This document shows positions 33,560 through 40,372 of a stretch of 64,000 bases of DNA, one piece after another (position 1 is the stretch's first letter; the number at the start of each line of letters is the position of its first letter). The translations under genes were made by a program, and so were the position numbers. This stretch comes from Myxococcota bacterium (GTDB lineage: Bacteria > Myxococcota_A > UBA796 > UBA2385): NCBI GenBank assembly GCA_044344255.1, contig JBIJDH010000003.1, forward strand, positions 96,001 to 160,000, read 5' to 3'. The notes beneath the pieces were generated by a model that saw nothing but the letters and a program-made list of their open reading frames with translations, ran no database searches and had not been told where the DNA came from.

Positions 33560-35502
33560 CGGGGGCTCGGCTTGGTGGCGGAGAAGATGCACCAGCGCCA
33601 CTGGTCGCGGATGTGACCGGCGGCGGAGATCTCGAAGGGGTGGACCAGTCGGGCCTCGGCGGGCGCGTGGTGGTAGAGGTCGCGGATCTCGTGTCGCATG
33701 AGGTTCGGCGTCTCGTGCGTGTTGATCCAGAGGTCGATGTCCTCCCATTGGAAGACCTCGCGCATCACGATGTCGACGAAGCCGGCCTCTTCGAGGAGGC
33801 GGCGCATGTCGGCCTCCATCAGGTTGTTGAAGAAGAGGGGCTGCTTCTTCTTTACGACGCGGAAGAACCAAGCGGCGTCACCCTCGCCGTAGGGGACCAT
33901 CTGTCCGACGATGAACTGGCCGCCGGGCTTGAGCACCCGAAAGACCTCCGAGACCGGCTTCTCAGGGCGGGGCAGCAGGTGGAGCACCTCCCGGTTGCAG
34001 ACGATGTCGAACCGATCGGCGGGGAAGGGGATGTCATAGACGTCGCCCTGCACCACCTCGTCGAGGCGGGTGCGGGCGAGGGTGATCATCTCGGGGGTGA
34101 GATCGAGGCCGGTGATGTGGCCGACCCGGCCCCGGAAGGAGGCCCCCACGACGCCGCTGCCGCAGCAGACGTCGAGCACCTGCGCGTCCGGACCCTGCCG
34201 ACAGAGCTCGGCGTGGGTGGAGAGGATGGTGGGGTCGGTCAGCCAGCGGGCGCTGTCGTGCCAGTTCTTGGAGCGGATTCCGAACTGCTGCCGATAGACC
34301 TCCTTGGACACGATGCTGTCGACGGTGCGGTAGCGAGCGCGCTCGCTCGCCCGCCGCGCCGCCGAGCGGGCTCGCCCGGCCTCGAGCGCCTTGCCGACGA
34401 TGGTGTTGCGGAGCGCCGGATCGGCGGAGAGGCGCTCCCGGAGGGCCGCGGAGATCACCGCCTCGACGGCGCGGGTGGCGGAGCGCGACGTGAGGACCGT
34501 CTTCGTCTGTCCTTCGAATTCAGGCTCGCTCATGCGCACGCTCAGCACGGCGACGAGGCCCTCGCGGACGTCGTATCCGGCGATGTGCTCACCGTTGGCC
34601 TCGTTGAGGAGGCCGGCCGCAGCCGCCGCCTCGTTCACGGCGCGGGTGAGCGCCGCCCGGAGGCCCTCCACGTGGGTGCCGCCCTGGGTGGTGCCGATGC
34701 TGTTGACATAAGAGAGCAGCTCTTCGCTGTAGTCGTGGGTCCACTGCAGCGCGGCCTCCACTTCGAGGCCCTCGAAGCGGCCCCGCAGGTGGAGCGGGGA
34801 GGGGTGCGCCGGGACTCGCTGTGCGGCGAGGTGGGCCACGAAGCCGGCGATGCCGGTCTCGAACCGATAGACGGCCTCGTCGGCCCCGGGGGTGCGCAGC
34901 GAGACGCGGAGCCCGGGGTGCAGATAGGCCTGCTCCTGGACGTATCGGGTGAGCGTCTCGACATCGAGGCCGATGCCCTCGGTGAAGATGGCGGGGTCTG
35001 GCCGGAAGCGGACCTGGGTGCCGCGGCGGTCGGCCTCCGGCGCCGGGGTGGAGGCCCCGAGCACGCGGCCCTGGGCGCAGCGGAGCTCGTGGCGGAGGCC
35101 CGCGCGCCAGACGGTCAACGTCAGGGACGCGGAGAGGGCGTTGACGCAGGTGAGGCCGACGCCGTGGAGGCCGCCGGTCACCCCGTAGGCGCCGGACTGG
35201 AACTTCCCGCCCGCGTGGAGCTCGGTGACGACGACCTCGAGGGTGGGGCGGCCGCTCTGCGGGTGCGGCTCGGTGGGGATGCCGCGCCCGTCATCTTCTA
35301 CGGTGACCGTGCCATCGTCGTCCACGACGACGGAGATCGCGGTGCACGAGCCGGTGAGGGCCTCGTCCACCGCATTTTGTACGACCTCCATCACGAGGTG
35401 GAAGACGCCGTCGGGGCCGGTGGAGCCCACGTACATGGCCGGGCGGCGGCGGACGGCCTCGAGACCGGGGAGAATGACGATGGAGTCAGCGTCGTAGCGC
35501 AT
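33556..35502 (-). CDS. Fusion of GyrB-type GHKL ATPase + transducer domains to a class I SAM methyltransferase
   Basis: ATG 35502 (TGATG overlap): YDADSIVILPGLEAVRRRPAMYVG, EVVQNAVDEA, EDDGRGIP, LHAGGKF, GGLHGVG, GGTH, FEGQTK, then in frame VLDVCCGSG, GLDLTPEM, RVLKPGG. No TOPRIM EGDSA motif. Confidence 0.92.
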   Translation of the reverse strand: MRYDADSIVILPGLEAVRRRPAMYVGSTGPDGVFHLVMEVVQNAVDEALTGSCTAISVVVDDDGTVTVEDDGRGIPTEPHPQSGRPTLEVVVTELHAGGKFQSGAYGVTGGLHGVGLTCVNALSASLTLTVWRAGLRHELRCAQGRVLGASTPAPEADRRGTQVRFRPDPAIFTEGIGLDVETLTRYVQEQAYLHPGLRVSLRTPGADEAVYRFETGIAGFVAHLAAQRVPAHPSPLHLRGRFEGLEVEAALQWTHDYSEELLSYVNSIGTTQGGTHVEGLRAALTRAVNEAAAAAGLLNEANGEHIAGYDVREGLVAVLSVRMSEPEFEGQTKTVLTSRSATRAVEAVISAALRERLSADPALRNTIVGKALEAGRARSAARRASERARYRTVDSIVSKEVYRQQFGIRSKNWHDSARWLTDPTILSTHAELCRQGPDAQVLDVCCGSGVVGASFRGRVGHITGLDLTPEMITLARTRLDEVVQGDVYDIPFPADRFDIVCNREVLHLLPRPEKPVSEVFRVLKPGGQFIVGQMVPYGEGDAAWFFRVVKKKQPLFFNNLMEADMRRLLEEAGFVDIVMREVFQWEDIDLWINTHETPNLMRHEIRDLYHHAPAEARLVHPFEISAAGHIRDQWRWCIFSATKPSPR

Positions 35503-36014
35503 CAACCCTCCACGGCGACAGGAGGGCTGAGGCGAGGCAGGTGCGCGCGGCGGCTGTGCGCCACCGACTCGAACCAGGAGGCGATGTCGGGGAAACCCTC
35601 GGCCGCCGCGGTGCGGGCGTACTCGGGGAGGTGCTCTTGGAGCTCGAGGGAGGTCGCGGCGTGCAGCGCCGCGAGGTTCCACGCGGTCTCGCCGATGGCC
35701 CGGTTGGTGAGCGGGTCGCCCACGCGACGGAGGAAGTCGAGGTGACCGCTGGCGATGAGCTCGACCGTCTCCGCCATCTCGCGGAGCGCGGTCGCGACGG
35801 TGGGGTGGCCCTCGAGCTCGGCGAGCCGCGCGAAGCTCACCAGAAGCCGGGCCGCGGCGGCGTCCCGGATGAAGGCCTCGCGGAGGTGCTCGTGCGTGCG
35901 CGTGCCGAAGAGGTCGGTCAGGCCGGAGGTCGGGGCACCGGGGCCGCCCGAGGCCTCCGGGCCGGCCGTCGGGAGCCCGGGTGCGGGAGGGGAGGGGAAG
36001 ATCGCGGGTGGCAT
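35502..36014 (-). CDS. Rubrerythrin-like ferritin-fold protein with degenerate iron ligands
   Basis: THEHLREAF...EGHPTVA...GHLDFL...GDPLT...IGET..NL...AEGFPDIASWFE matches short-chain rubrerythrins, but the ExxH motifs are altered. Confidence 0.8.
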   Translation of the reverse strand: MPPAIFPSPPAPGLPTAGPEASGGPGAPTSGLTDLFGTRTHEHLREAFIRDAAAARLLVSFARLAELEGHPTVATALREMAETVELIASGHLDFLRRVGDPLTNRAIGETAWNLAALHAATSLELQEHLPEYARTAAAEGFPDIASWFESVAHSRRAHLPRLSPPVAVEG

Positions 36015-36023
36015 CCGCCCCAC

Positions 36024-36944
36024 CTACTCGGCGAGGTCGCCCTCGTCGACCATTGGGGAGGGGGCATTCCGTCCTTGAGGACGATCTCGGTCGACGCCCC
36101 GCGCATCGACCTTGTCCCGCCAGCTCCCCCAGTGGGGGCCATCCCCTTCGAAACGATCTCTGGGCGCGTCGGGACCAAGCAGGGCCCGGAGCTCGCGACG
36201 CCCTTCCAGTCGATTGGAGTGGTACCGAAGCTGCGTGGCGGAGTAACGGTGCGCGGCCCCCTCCGGGCAGGCGAGGCGCGCCTCGCAGGTCGAGGCGCAG
36301 CGCGGGGACTCCCGGTGGAAGTCGACGCAGCGGTCGACATTCCAGCGTCCCTCCGGGAAGGCGTCGCCCGGGCAGGCGCGCGTACAGGGGGCGGGGCAGG
36401 CCAGGCAGGGCGCGGCGAGGGCGCTCGGGTCTTCGGCCGCCGGGGCGCCTGGGCGGCGAGCGTAGGCGCCGAAGGTGGCGGTGTCGTCTGCTGCGGCTTC
36501 GAGGAAGCAGGCGGCGCGGAGCCCGATCCAGGGGCCGTAGGCGGGGTGGAGCAGCAGGCCGAGCCGGCTCTGGGCGCCGAGGCCGGCGAGGCCCGCCAGC
36601 AGTCGGAAGTCGATGTGCAGGTCGGCCTCCGCGCTCGCCCAGAACCACCGGCGGGGGCCCGCCCCGAGGGCGTGGTCGGCGGTGGCGATGGTGCGGCGGA
36701 CGAAGGCGTCGAGCGGGTGCGGCTCCTCGGTGAGCGAGGTCGGGCGGGCGGCGAGCTCCGCGAGGAGGGCCGTCCACAGCGCGCCGCCGCCGTTGGCGAC
36801 GACGAGGATCGAGCGGGCGCCGGGCTGGAGGGCCGACGATCGGCGGCTCGGCAGGGCGACCGCGTCCCAGTCGGAGACCGCGGCGACCGCGAGCAGGTTG
36901 AGGCCGGCGGGGAGGACAGATCGTTGAAAGGCGTCGAGGTCCAT
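36024..36944 (-). CDS. QueG/CblC-related Fe-S protein
   Basis: HPLD, GLLLHPAYGPWIGLRAA, CLACPAPCTRACP, C...CASTCEARLACP. Confidence 0.7.
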   Translation of the reverse strand: MDLDAFQRSVLPAGLNLLAVAAVSDWDAVALPSRRSSALQPGARSILVVANGGGALWTALLAELAARPTSLTEEPHPLDAFVRRTIATADHALGAGPRRWFWASAEADLHIDFRLLAGLAGLGAQSRLGLLLHPAYGPWIGLRAACFLEAAADDTATFGAYARRPGAPAAEDPSALAAPCLACPAPCTRACPGDAFPEGRWNVDRCVDFHRESPRCASTCEARLACPEGAAHRYSATQLRYHSNRLEGRRELRALLGPDAPRDRFEGDGPHWGSWRDKVDARGVDRDRPQGRNAPSPMVDEGDLAE

Positions 36945-37039
36945 GCGGTCGGTTATCTCGCTCGCCCCGGGGCGCAGCGACCGCTGAGCTCGGCGAGGCA
37001 GCCGGTAGAGCCTGACCGATGGAGCCTGACCCGCAGACG

Positions 37040-38101
37040 ATGACCCCCGACCCCATCCTCATCGTCGGGACCGAGCGGAGCGGCTCCAACCTGCTCCGGC
37101 TGGTGCTGAACAGCCACTCCCGCATCCAAGTGCCGCATCCACCGCACCTCGTCCGCTACTTCGCGCCGATCATCGCCGATTATGGTGATCTCTCCCAGGA
37201 CGAGAACCTGCTCCGGCTGGCCGAAGACGCCGTCTCTCTCGTGAGCGGGCACATCTATCGGTGGGAGCACCGGCTCGATCCCCGGGCGGTGGCGGCGCTG
37301 GCCGAGCCGCGTGACCTCCTCGGGGTCTACTTCGCCGTGATGGAGCTCGATCGGCGGGCCTCCGGCAAGGCGCGCTCGGCCTGTAAGAGCACCTTCATGG
37401 TGCATCACATCGACACGGTGCGGCGGGCCCGCCCGGGGGCGCGCTTCCTCTTCCTCCACCGCGACCCGCGCGACGTGGCGGCCAGCGCCCGGCGCAGCGT
37501 CTTCTCTACCTTTCACCCATGGTATACGGCAAACCTCTGGCGGGAGGAGCAGGCCCTCGGCCTCCGCGCGCTGGGCGCCCTCCCCGCAGGGGTCATCCTC
37601 CCCGTCGCCTACGAGGCCCTCGTGGCCGCGCCGGAGCGGGAGCTCCGCCGGATCTGTGACTTCCTCGGTGAGGCCTTCGAGCCGGCGATGCTGCGGCACG
37701 CCGAGACCGCGGAGGCCCAGAAGAGCGCTGGCCTCGCCGAGTCCTGGGCGCGGACCGGGGAGCCGATCAGCGCGGCCTCCGTCTCGCGCTACCGGGCCGA
37801 TCTGAGCGAGCGGGAGATCGGCCTCGTCGAGTATGTCACCCGCCACGAGCTGCTCGCCCTCGGCTATGTGCCGGAGGTGGCGGCCCCGGCTCCGCCCTCG
37901 GCGGTGGAGCTGGCGCGCTTCGCGGTCGAGGAGCGCGCCGCGGAGCTCCGGGTCGAGCTGCGCTCCCTCCGGAAGGACGACAACGTGGCCGCGCGATGGA
38001 GGCGCGGCGCCTGGCTCAAGCTCCTCCGCTGGCGCGCGGCGCTGCGGGGCCGATCGACGCCCCGTGGCGCGTCGCCTGGGGCCCCGGGCGGCCCGGCGTG
38101 A
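37040..38101 (+). CDS. PAPS-dependent sulfotransferase
   Basis: IVGTERSGSNLLR (5'-PSB loop), HRDPRDVAAS (3'-PB), YEALVAAPE..LRRICDFLG. Confidence 0.9.
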   Translation: MTPDPILIVGTERSGSNLLRLVLNSHSRIQVPHPPHLVRYFAPIIADYGDLSQDENLLRLAEDAVSLVSGHIYRWEHRLDPRAVAALAEPRDLLGVYFAVMELDRRASGKARSACKSTFMVHHIDTVRRARPGARFLFLHRDPRDVAASARRSVFSTFHPWYTANLWREEQALGLRALGALPAGVILPVAYEALVAAPERELRRICDFLGEAFEPAMLRHAETAEAQKSAGLAESWARTGEPISAASVSRYRADLSEREIGLVEYVTRHELLALGYVPEVAAPAPPSAVELARFAVEERAAELRVELRSLRKDDNVAARWRRGAWLKLLRWRAALRGRSTPRGASPGAPGGPA

Positions 38102-39444
38102 GCGCCGACGCCACAGCCCGGGACACGCTCCAGCGCAGGCTCCACGCCCTCGAGGCGGACGCGGCCCTGCCCGCCCTCCCCGATGAGCCCCTCCCCGACG
38201 AGGCCCTCCGCGATCTCGTCGTGATCCTGTCGAGCTCGCGCGGCGGATCGAGCATCCTCGCCGAGGCCCTCCGCCGGCAGACCGGGCTCCTGCACTTCCG
38301 GGCCGAGGTCAACCCCTTCTTCGTGATGGCCGGCCTGAGCTGCGGGCAAGGCGGCGCCCGCTCGGACGCCCTCGGCGAGGCGGACCTCCAGCGCGCCCCC
38401 GAGGTGCGTGCCCTGCGCCGCGCCCTGCTCGCCGACATCGGCCGACCGCGAAGCACCCTGCCCGACGCCGCGGCCCGGCGGCGATACGGCCTCGATCTGG
38501 CGAGGCGCTTCACCCTGCAGTGGCCGACCCTCGAGCTCGAGCTCGAAGGTGTGCACGCGGCCCTCGAGCGGGCGCTCGACGCGGCGGCCCGGGCTCAGCG
38601 GGGGGGCGACGGGGGTGGCGAGAGGGGGGGCGAGGTCGACCTCTCCGATCCGCGCCTCGTCGTCGCTCTCGTCATCCGGGAGCTGCGCGGCCAGGGCCTC
38701 CCCATCCATCCATACGCCTACGACATCGACCCTGGGCTCCTCCGCGCCCTGTTCCCCGGTGTGCTGCCGCGCTTCGAGCCCGAGGGGCCGATCATCGAGG
38801 AGCCGCCCTACGTCGCGATCTCGCCCTGGGCCCCGGCGACCGCCGAGGAGCTCCAGCGCCTGCCCGTGGTGATGAAGACGCCGAGCAATGTCTACCGGCT
38901 CCCCTTCCTGGCGGGGCTCTTCCCGGAGGCCCGGCTGCGACTGCTCCACCTCCGGCGAAACGTAGCCTCGAGCGTCAACGGGCTCCTCGACGGCTGGGGC
39001 CACCCGGGCTTCCACAGCCATCGCCTGGGCGGGCCCGGCGGCGCGGAGGGTTGGTGGAAGTTCGATCTGCCCCCCGGCTGGGAGGCCTGGGTCGACGCGC
39101 CGCCCGGCCTTCGCTGCGCCTGGCAGTGGCGGTCGGCCCACCGCGCCGCGCTCGAATTTTTGCGCCAACGGCCCGACCTGCCGCGCTTCGCCCTCCGCTT
39201 CGAAGACCTGCTCCGGGGCGGCGAGGTCGAGGCGGCCGCGGTGGAGGCGCTCGCGGGCTGGCTGGGCGCCCCCCTCTCACCCGGCCTGCTCGACGGGGTC
39301 CCCGCGGTGATGGCGACCGCGCCGCCCCGCCGCCGTCGCTGGTTCGCCCGCGCGGCCGAGCTCGGTCCGGTGCTCGAAGACCCTGACAACATCCGCATGA
39401 TGGAGGAGCTTGGTTATGAGTCGGAGCTCACTACCTGGCTTTAG
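38098..39444 (+). CDS. Sulfotransferase-fold protein (divergent)
   Basis: GTG 38098 overlaps the upstream TGA; SSSRGGSSILAE, MKTPSN, LRRNVASSVNGL, LRFEDL. Confidence 0.75.
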   Translation: MSADATARDTLQRRLHALEADAALPALPDEPLPDEALRDLVVILSSSRGGSSILAEALRRQTGLLHFRAEVNPFFVMAGLSCGQGGARSDALGEADLQRAPEVRALRRALLADIGRPRSTLPDAAARRRYGLDLARRFTLQWPTLELELEGVHAALERALDAAARAQRGGDGGGERGGEVDLSDPRLVVALVIRELRGQGLPIHPYAYDIDPGLLRALFPGVLPRFEPEGPIIEEPPYVAISPWAPATAEELQRLPVVMKTPSNVYRLPFLAGLFPEARLRLLHLRRNVASSVNGLLDGWGHPGFHSHRLGGPGGAEGWWKFDLPPGWEAWVDAPPGLRCAWQWRSAHRAALEFLRQRPDLPRFALRFEDLLRGGEVEAAAVEALAGWLGAPLSPGLLDGVPAVMATAPPRRRRWFARAAELGPVLEDPDNIRMMEELGYESELTTWL

Positions 39445-40369
39445 GCACGAGGCCCCGAGCCACTTGGGCGGCCTGGGCTGGCGGCCTCGGACCCTCTCCC
39501 ACCGCGAGGAGATGGGCGCGCTCTGGACCGCCTCGGGCCTCTCCTCGCCGGTGGCCCCGCTCCAGGAGGTGGTGCTCGCCCTGCCCGGCCTCGAGCAGCG
39601 GTACTCCGAGGATCCCGCGCTGTGGTTGATGGAGGAGCGGCCGGAGCTCGATCGGATGCGGGGAGAGTTCGAGGGGCTGGTGAAGGCCTACCAAGCCGAG
39701 GGGGTGGTGGTGCAGGTCCACCGCCCACGCCAGCCGACGCCGAACCACATCTTCTGCTGCGACCTCTTCTTCGCCACCCCTGAGGGCATCATCCTCTCGC
39801 GGATGGCCTCCGAGCAGCGGGCCGGGGAGGAGCGGGAGATCGCGGCCTTCTTCGCCCGGATGGGCGTCCCCATCCTGCTCACGCCGCGGGGGCACGCCAC
39901 CTTTGAGGGGGCGGACGCGATGTGGCTCGACGCCCGCACGGTGCTCATCGGCATCGGAAACCGGACCAACGAGGCGGCGGTGGCCCAGCTCCGCCCCCTG
40001 CTCGAGTCGATGGGGGTGGAGGTCCGGGTCTGCACGCTCACGAGCGGGGTCCAGCACCTGCTCGGCGCCTTCAACCCCGTCGACGAGCGGGTCGCGTGTG
40101 TGCTCGCCGACGAGCTCAGCCCCTCCCTCCGTCGCGCGCTGTCCGGCTGGCGCCTGATCCTCCTGCCCAGCACCCCCGAGACCCGCCGTGGCCGGGCGAT
40201 GAACTTCGTCACGCTGTCCCCGCGCCGCGTCCTCATGCCGGCGGGGAGCCCCAACACACGCGCCCTCTACGAGTCGCAGGGCATCACGGTGATCGAGGCC
40301 CCGATCGACCAGTACCTGCGCGCGGCCGGCGGCATGGGCTGCCTCACCGGCGTCCTGCGCCGCGGCTGA
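39416..40369 (+). CDS. Amidinotransferase / arginine deiminase / DDAH (pentein) family enzyme
   Basis: RAGE, FEGAD, GNRTN, QHL, NFVTL, terminal GGMGCLT with catalytic Cys. Confidence 0.85.
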   Translation: MSRSSLPGFRHEAPSHLGGLGWRPRTLSHREEMGALWTASGLSSPVAPLQEVVLALPGLEQRYSEDPALWLMEERPELDRMRGEFEGLVKAYQAEGVVVQVHRPRQPTPNHIFCCDLFFATPEGIILSRMASEQRAGEEREIAAFFARMGVPILLTPRGHATFEGADAMWLDARTVLIGIGNRTNEAAVAQLRPLLESMGVEVRVCTLTSGVQHLLGAFNPVDERVACVLADELSPSLRRALSGWRLILLPSTPETRRGRAMNFVTLSPRRVLMPAGSPNTRALYESQGITVIEAPIDQYLRAAGGMGCLTGVLRRG

Positions 40370-40372
40370 GCT

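Noticed and set aside
33556..35502. Calling this the housekeeping gyrB or parE
   Set aside because: No TOPRIM or C-terminal tail, and no gyrA/dnaN/recF context.
35503..37125. N-terminal 541 aa of the 1189-aa ORF 33556..37125
   Set aside because: Arg/Pro-rich off-frame read over two real genes; the GyrB N-terminal motif starts at ATG 35502.
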